Source: Burkholderiales bacterium
GTDB lineage: Bacteria; Pseudomonadota; Gammaproteobacteria; Burkholderiales; SG8-39
Length of the DNA: 64,000 nt
Reading direction: 5' to 3'
Assembly: GCA_035456405.1 (NCBI GenBank)
Contig: DATIDG010000084.1
Span: forward strand, 34,321-98,320
Below, piece after piece: positions 9,445 through 18,319 of the stretch (position 1 is its first letter; every line of letters starts with the position of its first letter). The position numbers and the translations under genes were made by a program. The notes below the pieces were generated by a model. It searched no databases and was not told where the DNA came from. It saw only the letters and a program-made list of their open reading frames with translations.

Positions 9445-10677
9445 ATGACCCCGCCCGAGGTGAAAAAGCGCAGCGCCAAGACCGGTCTCGCCCTCGCCGG
9501 CGGCGGTCCGTTGGGCGGCATCTACGAGGTCGGTGCGCTCGCCGCGCTCGCCGACAGCCTCGACGGGCTCGACTTCAACGACCTCGACGTCTACGTCGGC
9601 GTCAGCTCCGGCAGCTTCATCGCCGCCGGCCTCGCGAACGGCATCGCGCCGGTCGAGATGTGCCGAATGTTCATCGAGAGCGAGTCGCATCGCGAGCCGT
9701 TCGCGCCGCACTTGCTGCTGCGACCGGCATTCCGGGAGTTCGCGCGGCGCGCGGCGTTGCTCCCGCCGCTCCTCGCCGGCTCCGTCTGGCGCTTCCTCAC
9801 CCAGCCCGGGGCGCATGCGTTCATGGAATCCTTCGCGCAGGTCGGGCGGGCGATACCGACCGGGCTGTTCGACAACGACGCGATCCACCGCTTCCTGCAG
9901 CGCCTGTTTGCGGTGCCCGGCCGGACGAACGATTTCCGCCAGCTGCCGCGCAAGCTCTTTCTCATCGCCACCGACCTCGATTCCGGCGTGCCGGTCGCGT
10001 TCGGTGCCGAGGGCCACGACCACGTGCCGATCTCGCGCGCGGTCGAGGCGAGCTCCGCGCTGCCGGGCCTGTTCCCGCCGGTCGAGATCGACGGGCGCTT
10101 CTACGTCGACGGCGCGCTCAAGCGCACGCTGCACGCGTCGGTTGCCCTGGAGCACGGCGCGAAGCTCCTGCTGTGCATCAACCCGCTGGTGCCCTACGAC
10201 AGCCGCATTCCGATTGCCGACGGGCGTGCCCCGCGGCGGCTCGTCGACGGCGGCCTGCCGGTGGTGCTCGCCCAGACGCTGCGCGCGATGGTGTATTCCC
10301 GGATGCAGGTCGGGATGCAACGCTACAAGCGCGAGTTCCGGGATGCAGACGTCGTCCTGTTCGAGCCGAACAAGCACGATGCCGAGATGTTTTTCACCAA
10401 CATGTTCAGCTACGCGAGCCGGCGGCGGCTGGCGGAGCATGCCTACCAGAAGACACGCAAGGAGCTGTTCGCTCGGCGCCACGTGCTCGCGCCCATCCTC
10501 GCGCGCCACGGCGTCGGCATCCGCGTCGACGTGCTGACCGATCCGGACCGGCATCTCGTGCGCGGCATGCGGCGGCGGCGCCTGCTGATCGCGGCCACTG
10601 AGGCGACCGCGCGCCTGGCCGAGTCGCTCGACGACCTCGAGCGCTGGCTGGCGAGCTACGCCCCGGCGCCCGGCTGA
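9445..10677 (+). CDS. Patatin-like phospholipase / acyl hydrolase
   Basis: Gly-rich LAGGGPLGG, nucleophile GVSSG, ASSALPGLFPP and DGA motifs. Confidence 0.88.
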   Translation: MTPPEVKKRSAKTGLALAGGGPLGGIYEVGALAALADSLDGLDFNDLDVYVGVSSGSFIAAGLANGIAPVEMCRMFIESESHREPFAPHLLLRPAFREFARRAALLPPLLAGSVWRFLTQPGAHAFMESFAQVGRAIPTGLFDNDAIHRFLQRLFAVPGRTNDFRQLPRKLFLIATDLDSGVPVAFGAEGHDHVPISRAVEASSALPGLFPPVEIDGRFYVDGALKRTLHASVALEHGAKLLLCINPLVPYDSRIPIADGRAPRRLVDGGLPVVLAQTLRAMVYSRMQVGMQRYKREFRDADVVLFEPNKHDAEMFFTNMFSYASRRRLAEHAYQKTRKELFARRHVLAPILARHGVGIRVDVLTDPDRHLVRGMRRRRLLIAATEATARLAESLDDLERWLASYAPAPG

Positions 10678-10726
10678 CCGGCCGGGGCGGCGTGCTATCC
10701 TTCGCGCCCCGCCCGAGCCCGCCCGA

Positions 10727-11374
10727 ATGGAGCGCAAGCCGAAGCGCCGCACGCGCGAGCGCATCCTCGAGACGAGCCTGAAGCTCTTCAACGACTTCGG
10801 CGAGCCGAACGTCACCACGACGGTCATCGCCGACGAGCTCGACATCAGCCCGGGCAACCTCTACTACCACTTCCGCAGCAAGGACGAGATCGTCAACACG
10901 ATCTTCGGAACGTTCGAGCGCGAGATCGACGGCGTGCTTGCCGCCCCTGCGGCGCGGCAGGCGAACGTGGAGGACATGTGGCTCTTCCTGCACGTGCTGT
11001 TCGAGGCGATATGGAAGTACCGCTTCCTGTATCGCGACCTGAACGACCTGCTGTCGCGCAACCGCCTGCTGGAGGTCCACTTCAAGCGCCTGCTCGAGCA
11101 GAAGGTCCGCACCGCCACCGCGCTGTGCGAGGGGCTCGCGGCGGGCGGCGAGCTGCGCGCCCGGCGGGGCGAGATCGCCGCCCTCGCGACCAACATGGTG
11201 GTCGTCTCGACCTACTGGCCGTCGTACGAGTACGTGCGCAATCCGCGCAACCTCCAGGAAGGCGAGATGATCGCGCGCGGCGCGTACCAGGTGATGTCGC
11301 TCGTGGCGCCGTTTCTCGCCGACCGCTCGAGGGCGCTGTTCGAGCGGCTGGCGGAGGCATACGTATCGACCTGA
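10727..11374 (+). CDS. TetR/AcrR-family regulator (PhaD-like)
   Basis: TRERILETSLKLFN...EPNVTT..IADELDISPGNLYYHFRSK, with a PhaD-like C-terminus (YRFLYRDLNDLL). Confidence 0.88.
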   Translation: MERKPKRRTRERILETSLKLFNDFGEPNVTTTVIADELDISPGNLYYHFRSKDEIVNTIFGTFEREIDGVLAAPAARQANVEDMWLFLHVLFEAIWKYRFLYRDLNDLLSRNRLLEVHFKRLLEQKVRTATALCEGLAAGGELRARRGEIAALATNMVVVSTYWPSYEYVRNPRNLQEGEMIARGAYQVMSLVAPFLADRSRALFERLAEAYVST

Positions 11375-11399
11375 ACGCCCGGACGGCGAGGAGAGGCAG

Positions 11400-12182
11400 A
11401 TGGCGAAGACGAGCTGGACGAAGTTCCCGCACCCCGAAAAGGCGTACGTGTACGAGGGCGCGAGCCTGAAGAAGCATTGGGACCGCCTGCACAAGGGCGA
11501 CTGCGAGCCGTTCCCGAAGGAGGAGGCGGTCCAGGAGGCGTGGCGCGCCTACCATCAGGGCGACTTCGGACGGGCGATCGAAGAGGGACTGGCCGCGGGC
11601 CCGGCGGGATCGAACGTCGCCAACAAGGCCCAGGCGATCTACGCCACGTACCTCGAGAAGGCGGGAGCGAGGAAGGCGAAGCTTTTCCACGAGGCGATGG
11701 AGCGGGGCGAAGAGGCGATGAGCGCGCATCCTCGCGATGCCAACGCGCATTACTTCTACGCGATGGCCGCCGGGCGCTACGGGCAGGAGATCTCGATCGC
11801 CAAGGCCCTCGCGCAGGGCCTCGGCGGGAAGATCAGGGAGGCCCTGGACAAGGCCGTGAAGCTGCAGCCCAAGCATGCCGACGCGCACATCGCCCTCGGG
11901 ACCTGGCACGCCGAGATCATCGGCAAGGTCGGCGGAATGGTCGGGAAGCTCACCTACGGGGCGAGCAAGGACGCCGCCGTCGAGCACTTCCAGAAGGCGC
12001 TCAAGCTAAATCCGGAGTCGGCGATCGCGCGGATCGAGTACGCGAACGGACTCGTCCTGCTCTTCGGCAAGGACAGGATGAAGGACGCCGAGAAGCTCTA
12101 CGCCGAGGCGGCGAAGCAGAAACCGATGGACGCGATGGAGCGCCTCGACGTCGAGGCGGCGAAAGCCGAGCTGGAGGACTGA
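11400..12182 (+). CDS. TPR-like helical repeat protein (RMDN-like), function unknown
   Basis: Helical repeats HPRDANAHYFYAMAAGRY...ALDKAVKLQPKHADAHIALGTW...FQKALKLNP. Confidence 0.7.
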   Translation: MAKTSWTKFPHPEKAYVYEGASLKKHWDRLHKGDCEPFPKEEAVQEAWRAYHQGDFGRAIEEGLAAGPAGSNVANKAQAIYATYLEKAGARKAKLFHEAMERGEEAMSAHPRDANAHYFYAMAAGRYGQEISIAKALAQGLGGKIREALDKAVKLQPKHADAHIALGTWHAEIIGKVGGMVGKLTYGASKDAAVEHFQKALKLNPESAIARIEYANGLVLLFGKDRMKDAEKLYAEAAKQKPMDAMERLDVEAAKAELED

Positions 12183-12189
12183 GGCGGCG

Positions 12190-13722
12190 TCAGGCGCCGG
12201 ACGCTGCGGCGACCGGCGCCGCCGGTCGTGCCTTACGCGGCTTGCGGGTCGCCAGCTTGCGGCGCTTGAGCACCGCCCGCAGCTCGCGCTCTACGAGCGC
12301 CGGGTCGCGCTTCACGTCCCACGGCTCCATCAGGATCGTCATCAGCAGTCGGTCGAACTCCGGCCGGAAATGCGCGATGATGTTCTCCGGGTCCGGCACA
12401 CGCGCCGCGTCGGTGATCAGTCCGAACTGCACGCCGCCGTTGTAGGAGAGGATCGAGACGCCCATGCCGATGTCGCCCGACTGCGGCACCCAGAACATGA
12501 TCTGCTTGAGGCGGGCGCCGGCCATGTAGAGCTGCTCCTGCGGCCCGGGCACGTTCGTCATCACTGCGGTCGCCTTGTTCGCGAGCAGGTCGAGCACCTG
12601 CTGCTGCACCACGTTCGGCGCGATCCCCGCGGCGCCGAGGAGCGCGAACGCAACCACCGCCTGGTACGACCCCTTCAGCGCCTCCATCCGGTGATGCACC
12701 TCGTAGAGACGCGCAAGCGGATTGGCGACGCCGACGGGGAGGAGGAGGGTGACCAGCCCAAACCTGTTGCCGAGGCTGATCTCCGACTCGTTCGCGCGCA
12801 GGTTCACCGGCACCAGCGCCCGCAGCTCGACGCCCTCGGTGGGGTCGCCCTTGTCCACGAGGTAGCGCCGCAGCGCGCCGGCGACGGTGGCGAGCAGGAC
12901 ATCGTTCACCGAGCAGTCGAGCACCTTGCCGACCGCCTTCACCTCGTCGAGCGGGACCGGCTCGGTCCATGCGACGCGTTTCTCCGGTCCCGCCTTGCCC
13001 TTGTATCGGGTGCGCGAGTCGTCCGGCATCGTGGCGAGCTGTGCGATTTCGCCGGCGACGCTCGCCGCGATCCGCGCGTACTGCACCACCTTCTCCGGGT
13101 TGAGCAGGGCCTCGAGGCCCTTTTCCGCAACCTCCCCGGAGACGCGCAGCGCCTGGGCGGCCATGCCGGTGAACGGCTCAAGGAACTGGCCGAGCAACCC
13201 GCCGTCTTCCTGGCGCGCGGCGCGTGCGCGGACCGCCGACCGCCCGCGCGCGACGGGGGCGTTGGGCGAGCCGTCGGTGAGGGAGAGCATCACCCGGATC
13301 AGGGCGATGCCGTCCGCATAGCTGTGGTGGATCCGCGAGACGATCGCCGACCCGCCGTCGTAGCCGTCGACGAGCGTGAAATCCCACCACGGGCGGCGCG
13401 GGTCGAAGGGCCGCGCAACGAGCTTCGCGACGAAGCGCTTCAGGGCCTCCGGGCCGCCCTTGCCCGGAACGCGCGCCCGACGCACGTGCTTCGCCAGATC
13501 GAAGCGCGGGGTCTCTTCCCACCACGCCCCGGTCACATCCTCGACCGGCCGGCAGCGGAACCGGTCGAAGCGCGCGAAGCGCGCCTCGAAGGTGGCCTTC
13601 AGCCGCTCGTAGTCGACAGGCTGGTCGAACAGGAGCACGCCGACGATCACCATTCGGTTCGTCGGCCGGTCCATGCGCAGCCAGGCGGTGTCCACGCTCG
13701 ACATTCGGCTGCGGTTCGGCAT
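12190..13722 (-). CDS. Wax ester synthase / diacylglycerol acyltransferase (WS/DGAT)
   Basis: MSSVDTAWLRMD start, catalytic HHSYADG, VNDVLLA, LVPVNLR, TNVPGP and SILSYNG. Confidence 0.93.
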   Translation of the reverse strand: MPNRSRMSSVDTAWLRMDRPTNRMVIVGVLLFDQPVDYERLKATFEARFARFDRFRCRPVEDVTGAWWEETPRFDLAKHVRRARVPGKGGPEALKRFVAKLVARPFDPRRPWWDFTLVDGYDGGSAIVSRIHHSYADGIALIRVMLSLTDGSPNAPVARGRSAVRARAARQEDGGLLGQFLEPFTGMAAQALRVSGEVAEKGLEALLNPEKVVQYARIAASVAGEIAQLATMPDDSRTRYKGKAGPEKRVAWTEPVPLDEVKAVGKVLDCSVNDVLLATVAGALRRYLVDKGDPTEGVELRALVPVNLRANESEISLGNRFGLVTLLLPVGVANPLARLYEVHHRMEALKGSYQAVVAFALLGAAGIAPNVVQQQVLDLLANKATAVMTNVPGPQEQLYMAGARLKQIMFWVPQSGDIGMGVSILSYNGGVQFGLITDAARVPDPENIIAHFRPEFDRLLMTILMEPWDVKRDPALVERELRAVLKRRKLATRKPRKARPAAPVAAASGA

Positions 13723-13814
13723 TGTTCGCGATGAGGCGGCGCGGGGCGGGCGGGTCCCTATAATAGCCGAGCGTGCGGGGCCGCCGCCTCGCAGGAATCG
13801 GCAAGGAGGCCATT

Positions 13815-14072
13815 GTGAGCGACCTGAAGAACAAGTTCGCGGACGCCGCGGCCGCGGTGAAGAAGCTCAAGGACGACCCGGGCAACGACGTGAAGCTGCA
13901 GCTCTACGCGCTCTACAAGCAGGGTGCCGAGGGCGACGTGCAGGGCAAGCGGCCCGGCTTCACTGACATGATCGGGCGCGCAAAGTACGACGCCTGGGCC
14001 AAGACGAAGGGGATGTCGCAGGACGAGGCAATGAAGAAGTACATCGACCTCGTCAAGTCGCTCGGAGGCTAG
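13815..14072 (+). CDS. Acyl-CoA-binding protein (ACBP)
   Basis: LQLYALYKQGAEGDV...RPGFTDMIGRAKYDAW...GMSQDEAMKKY; GTG start with an AGGAGG RBS; TATAAT near 13759. Confidence 0.93.
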   Translation: MSDLKNKFADAAAAVKKLKDDPGNDVKLQLYALYKQGAEGDVQGKRPGFTDMIGRAKYDAWAKTKGMSQDEAMKKYIDLVKSLGG

Positions 14073-14081
14073 CGCGGACCC

Positions 14082-14414
14082 TCAGGTCCGCCTCTTCGCG
14101 GGAGCGGCTTTCTTCGCTGCGGGCTTCTTCGCGGCTGGCGCCGCGAAGTACTTGTCGAACTGCTCGTCGATCTCCCGCTCGATGCGGGGCTTGAGGAACG
14201 CGAGCAGGAAGCTGAGCCGCGCCTCGAGGCGCACGTCGTGGTCGGTCACGTGCAGCTCGCCGTGCACGCCGGTGCGCTCGAAGTGCAGCACGTGACGCTT
14301 CCACGCGTACTCGAGGTCGAAGTCCTTCCTCAGCCGCGCGGCGACCTTCTCGGCGGCCGTCCGCGCCTCGTCGAGCGGCAGCGAGTGGATGCGGCGCACC
14401 TTGATGTCGCTCAT
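14082..14414 (-). CDS. Polyhydroxyalkanoic acid system family protein (PHA_gran_rgn) with an Ala/Lys/Pro tail
   Basis: MSDIKVRRIHSLPLDEAR...LEYAW...LHFERTGVHGEL...LSFLLAFLKPRIEREI; tail AAPAAKKPAAKKAAPAKRR. Confidence 0.85.
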   Translation of the reverse strand: MSDIKVRRIHSLPLDEARTAAEKVAARLRKDFDLEYAWKRHVLHFERTGVHGELHVTDHDVRLEARLSFLLAFLKPRIEREIDEQFDKYFAAPAAKKPAAKKAAPAKRRT

Positions 14415-14559
14415 TGCGGCGTCTCCCGGGACGGCAGCGCCGCGCAGGCGCCGAGGCGACGGATTCTAGATGGAGCGCCGCGCCTCCGCCACACGGCCGA
14501 CTGGCAGGGCGCGGCGGCCGGTGTAAGATTCTTGGGCGTGTCTGCCGTTGGGGGTGGCC

Positions 14560-15819
14560 ATGTTGCTTGAAAGCGCTCTCGGAAAACTGGTGGGGAGCGT
14601 CCGCGGGGGCCGGGTCGTGGAGAGCCGGCTCGGGAAGCTCGTCGAGCGGGTCCGTGCGACGGAGCCCGTGCCGCTGCGCATCCGCCTCTGGACGGGCCGC
14701 AGCTACGAGCTCGGTCCGGATCCCGCCACTACCCTCGTCGTCCCGTCGCCTCGCGCGCTGCGCTATCTCGGATCGCCGGACCTGATGAAGCTCGGCGAGG
14801 CCTACGTCGAGGGCCACATCGACCTCGAGGGGCGGGTCAGCGAGGCGTTCCATGCCGGAGAACGCTTCGTCCGCGCGGTCGGGGAGGCAAAGGTGCTCGC
14901 GCCGCTCAGGCGCTCGAGGCACACCCGTCGCGTCGACAAGAAGGCGATCGAGTACCACTACGACGTCTCGAACGACTTCTATCGGCTGATTCTCGACCGC
15001 AGCATGGTCTACTCGTGCGCGTACTACCGCACGGAGGCTGATACGCTCGACGTCGCGCAGGAGCAGAAACTCGATCACATCCTCACCAAGCTTCGGCTCC
15101 GGCCGGGCGAGCGGCTGCTGGACATCGGGTGCGGCTGGGGTGCGCTCATCATGCGCGCCGTCGAGAAGTTCGGCGCGCAGGCGGTCGGGGTCACGCTCTC
15201 GAAGAACCAGTTCGAGCACGCACGCGACGAGATCCGCGCACGCGGGATCGGCGACCGGTGCGAGGTGCGCCTGCAGGACTACCGCGACATCCCGGATGCG
15301 GGCGGATACGACAAGATCGCGAGCGTCGGCATGTTCGAGCACGTCGGCCTGAAGAACCTCGTGCCGTACTTCCGGCAGATCCACCGCCTCCTGAAGGACG
15401 GCGGCCTCGCGCTGAACCACGGGATCACCTCCGTCGATCACGAGAGCCGCGCAGTGGGCATGGGGGCGGGCGAGTTCATCGAACGCTATGTCTTTCCGTA
15501 CGGCGAGCTGCCGCACATCGGGCTGGTGCTGCGGGAGATGTCAGCGGCCGGGCTGGAGGTCACCGACGTCGAGTCGCTGCGCCGGCACTATGCGAAGACC
15601 TGCGCGGCATGGGCGGCCAACCTGGAAACGAACGCGGCGCGCGCTCGGGAGATCGCCGGCGAGCGCCGCTACCGGATCTGGTCGGTCTATCTCGCCGGCT
15701 GTGCGTACGGATTCGCCCACAACTGGATCAACATCTACCAGGCGCTCGCGTGCAAGCAGGGCGGGCCCGGGATGAACCCACTGCCGCTCACGCGCGAGTT
15801 CATGTACGGGGCGGGTTGA
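14560..15819 (+). CDS. cfa: Cyclopropane-fatty-acyl-phospholipid synthase family methyltransferase
   Basis: AIEYHYDVSNDFY, MVYSCAYY, LLDIGCGWG, SVGMFEHVG and FIERYVFP. Confidence 0.9.
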   Translation: MLLESALGKLVGSVRGGRVVESRLGKLVERVRATEPVPLRIRLWTGRSYELGPDPATTLVVPSPRALRYLGSPDLMKLGEAYVEGHIDLEGRVSEAFHAGERFVRAVGEAKVLAPLRRSRHTRRVDKKAIEYHYDVSNDFYRLILDRSMVYSCAYYRTEADTLDVAQEQKLDHILTKLRLRPGERLLDIGCGWGALIMRAVEKFGAQAVGVTLSKNQFEHARDEIRARGIGDRCEVRLQDYRDIPDAGGYDKIASVGMFEHVGLKNLVPYFRQIHRLLKDGGLALNHGITSVDHESRAVGMGAGEFIERYVFPYGELPHIGLVLREMSAAGLEVTDVESLRRHYAKTCAAWAANLETNAARAREIAGERRYRIWSVYLAGCAYGFAHNWINIYQALACKQGGPGMNPLPLTREFMYGAG

Positions 15820-15845
15820 CCGGGCGGCGCCTCGTTCGGCACACT
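15816..15845 (+). promoter_or_regulatory. Candidate sigma70 promoter (TTGACC-N18-CACACT) for the arg leader/argD
   Basis: Hexamers at 15816-15821 and 15840-15845; the predicted start site falls on the leader ATG at 15852. Confidence 0.4.
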
Positions 15846-15851
15846 AGCGGC

Positions 15852-15923
15852 ATGAACGCTCCCGCCAGATTCCGACGCCGCTCCGCGATGGACGAGACGC
15901 GTCCGTGCGCGCGACGACGGTAG
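15852..15923 (+). CDS. Putative arginine-rich leader peptide ([23 protein letters not shown])
   Basis: 23 codons with 8 Arg (AGA, CGA, CGC, CGC, CGT, CGA, CGA, CGG), directly upstream of a terminator and argD. Confidence 0.6.
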   Translation: MNAPARFRRRSAMDETRPCARRR

Positions 15924-15943
15924 TCAGAGTCAGCCGACTTCCG

Positions 15944-15980
15944 CGAAGGCCACAGGCGCTCCCTGTGGCCTTCGTCTTTT
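15944..15980 (+). terminator. Intrinsic terminator/attenuator upstream of argD
   Basis: Perfect 13-bp stem CGAAGGCCACAGG / CCTGTGGCCTTCG, 5-nt loop, followed by TCTTTT. Confidence 0.8.
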
Positions 15981-16005
15981 CCGACCCGTGACCGAGGATT
16001 CGAAG

Positions 16006-17190
16006 ATGCATCTCGCCGACTTTCCGCTGCATGCGCTGATGGAGATCACCGCGCGGCCCCCGCTCGTCTTCGTGCGCGGCGACGGCTCGTGGATCTGGGA
16101 CCACGAGGGGCGCCGCTACCTCGACTTCGTGCAAGGCTGGGCGGTGAACGCGCTCGGCCATTGCCCGAAGGAAATTGCCGATGCGCTCGCGGCGCAGGCC
16201 GCGACGCTCATCAACCCGAGCCCGGCGTTCTGGAATGCGCCGAGCGCGCGGCTCGCGCAGCGGCTCGTCGAGCGTTCCTGCTTCGACCGCGTGTTCTTCG
16301 CGAACAGCGGTGCCGAGGCGAACGAGGGCGCGATCAAGCTCGCGCGCAAGTGGGGGGCGAAGCTCCGCGGCGGCGCGTTCGAGATCGTCACCTTCGACCA
16401 CGCCTTCCACGGGCGCACGCTCGCCACGATGTCGGCGTCGGGCAAAGCGGGGTGGGACACGCTGTTCGAACCGAAGGTGCCCGGGTTTCCGAAAGCGACG
16501 CTGAACGATCTCGCCTCGGTCGAGCGCCTGATCGGGGAGCGGACCGTGGCCGTGATGCTGGAGCCGATCCAGGGGGAGGCCGGCGTGCTGGGCGCGACCG
16601 ACGACTTCATGCGCGCGCTTCGCGCGCTGACGCGCGAGCGCGGCCTGTTGCTGATCGTCGACGAGGTGCAGACCGGAATGGGGCGGACCGGCAAGCTGTT
16701 CGGTTACGAGCATGCCGGCATCGAACCAGACATCATGACCCTGGGGAAGGGAATCGGCGGGGGCGTGCCGCTCGCCGCGCTGCTCGCGAAGGAGTCGGTG
16801 TGCTGCTTCGAGCACGGCGATCAGGGCGGGACCTACAACGGAAATCCGCTGATGACCGCGGTCGGAATGGCGGTCCTGGAGACGCTGCTCGTCCCCGGCT
16901 TCCTTGACGAGGTGACGACGAAAGGACGCCAGCTCGCCCAGGGGCTCGCTGCACTCTCGCGCATGCACGGCCTGGGCGAGGTGCGTGGCCGGGGTCTGCT
17001 GATGGCGCTCGACCTCGGTCGCGACGCGGGCGCGAAAGTCGCCGAGCACACGCGCACGAACGGGCTGCTGCTGAACTCGCCGCGGCCGGACACCCTGCGC
17101 TTCATGCCCGCCCTGACCGTCTCGGCGGACGAGATCGAACTGATGCTCGCCCGGCTGGACGGTGCGCTGAAGAGCGTCCTCGCTCAGTGA
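16006..17190 (+). CDS. argD: Acetylornithine aminotransferase
   Basis: [53 protein letters not shown] and TLGKGIGGG (class III PLP aminotransferase). Confidence 0.92.
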   Translation: MHLADFPLHALMEITARPPLVFVRGDGSWIWDHEGRRYLDFVQGWAVNALGHCPKEIADALAAQAATLINPSPAFWNAPSARLAQRLVERSCFDRVFFANSGAEANEGAIKLARKWGAKLRGGAFEIVTFDHAFHGRTLATMSASGKAGWDTLFEPKVPGFPKATLNDLASVERLIGERTVAVMLEPIQGEAGVLGATDDFMRALRALTRERGLLLIVDEVQTGMGRTGKLFGYEHAGIEPDIMTLGKGIGGGVPLAALLAKESVCCFEHGDQGGTYNGNPLMTAVGMAVLETLLVPGFLDEVTTKGRQLAQGLAALSRMHGLGEVRGRGLLMALDLGRDAGAKVAEHTRTNGLLLNSPRPDTLRFMPALTVSADEIELMLARLDGALKSVLAQ

Positions 17191-17723
17191 GGCCGGATGC
17201 CGGGCCGCGCGAGCAGCGCCTCGAAGCGCCGCCGGGCGTCCGCGAGGTGCGGGTTGATCCGCAGCGCCGCGTCGAAAGCGAACAGCGCGGCGTCCTCGCG
17301 CCCGTTCGCGAGGCACAGCTCCGCGAACGCGAGCATCGCCCCGTAGTGTCGCGGCTCGAGAACGAGCGTACGGTGGAAGTCGTGCACGCTCTCCTCGTCG
17401 CGTCCCTGCATGTAGAAGAGCGTGGCCCGCTTGTGCCAGGCTTCGGCGAACCCGGGATGGAGGGACACGAGCCGCCGCAGGATTGCCTCGGCCGTCGGGT
17501 AGTCCTCCGCGACGATGGCGCGCGTCGCCCGCTCGAGCTCCGCCGCCGCGCGGCGGTCCGGGTAGCGCATCCAGAACGCCCAGATCTCGTCCTCCGTGCG
17601 GCTCGCGAGCGGCGCGGCGAGGTCGGCGAGCCGGCGCAGCAGCGCGTCGAGGGCGCGATGCAGGCGCGGCGACGGGCGCCGCTTTGGGCCGATCCCGATC
17701 AGCTTGAGCGTCTCGGCGTACAT
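17184..17723 (-). CDS. Tetratricopeptide repeat protein (paralog 2)
   Basis: EDEIWAFW...[15 protein letters not shown]...LEPRHYGAM...AALRINPHL. Confidence 0.8.
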   Translation of the reverse strand: MYAETLKLIGIGPKRRPSPRLHRALDALLRRLADLAAPLASRTEDEIWAFWMRYPDRRAAAELERATRAIVAEDYPTAEAILRRLVSLHPGFAEAWHKRATLFYMQGRDEESVHDFHRTLVLEPRHYGAMLAFAELCLANGREDAALFAFDAALRINPHLADARRRFEALLARPGIRPH

Positions 17724-17751
17724 GCGCGGAAGTTTAGCGCCGGCCCCGGCG

Positions 17752-18294
17752 TCACTGCACCGGTCCGTCGCGCTCGCCCGAGAGTTCCTTCACGGCGGCG
17801 CGGATGCTGCCGAGGTGCGGGTTGACGCGTAGGGCGGCGTCGAACGCGAACAGGGCGGCGGCGCGGTCGTTGTGCCGCAGGCAGATCTGGCCGAAGCCGC
17901 AGATCGCCCCGAAGTGGCGCGGCTCGAGCTCGAGCGTGCGACGGATGTCGGCGACGCTCTCCCGGTCGCGCCGCAGCAGGAAATACAGCGTCGCGCGCTT
18001 GTTCCAGGCCTCGGCGTAGTCGGGATGGAGCTCGACGAGCGCGTCGAGAATCGCTTCGGCCTCATCGAGCTCGCGCGCGGCGATCGCCTGGGTGGCGCGG
18101 CTCAGCGCGTCCTCCGCATCGGGGTCGTCGTGCGCCATCCACACGTTCCAGATCAGATCCTCGACCTGGCTCGCCTCGACCGGGCCCGCGGCGGCGGCGA
18201 GGCGGTGGAAGAGCTCGGTCAGGCGTTGCGGGCCGCGAACGCGGGGCGGGCGCTCGCCGAGCGAAAGGATGAGCTTCAGCGTGTCGTCGAACAC
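17752..18294 (-). CDS. Tetratricopeptide repeat protein (paralog 1)
   Basis: EDLIWNVW...PDYAEAWNKRATLYF...LEPRHFGAI...AALRVNPHL. Confidence 0.82.
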   Translation of the reverse strand: MFDDTLKLILSLGERPPRVRGPQRLTELFHRLAAAAGPVEASQVEDLIWNVWMAHDDPDAEDALSRATQAIAARELDEAEAILDALVELHPDYAEAWNKRATLYFLLRRDRESVADIRRTLELEPRHFGAICGFGQICLRHNDRAAALFAFDAALRVNPHLGSIRAAVKELSGERDGPVQ

Positions 18295-18319
18295 GCCGCC
18301 AGTGTACGCCGGCGCAGGG

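Noticed and set aside
6742..10857. 1371-aa minus-strand ORF as a giant fusion protein
   Set aside because: Only 6742-8730 (MHYFVTGATG...) is protein-like. The upstream part is the antisense shadow of the phasin, patatin and TetR genes.
8963..14414. Classical PHA biosynthesis (pha) locus
   Set aside because: No PhaC synthase, PhaZ or PhaAB is recognisable in this block; only granule-associated and regulatory homologs are present.
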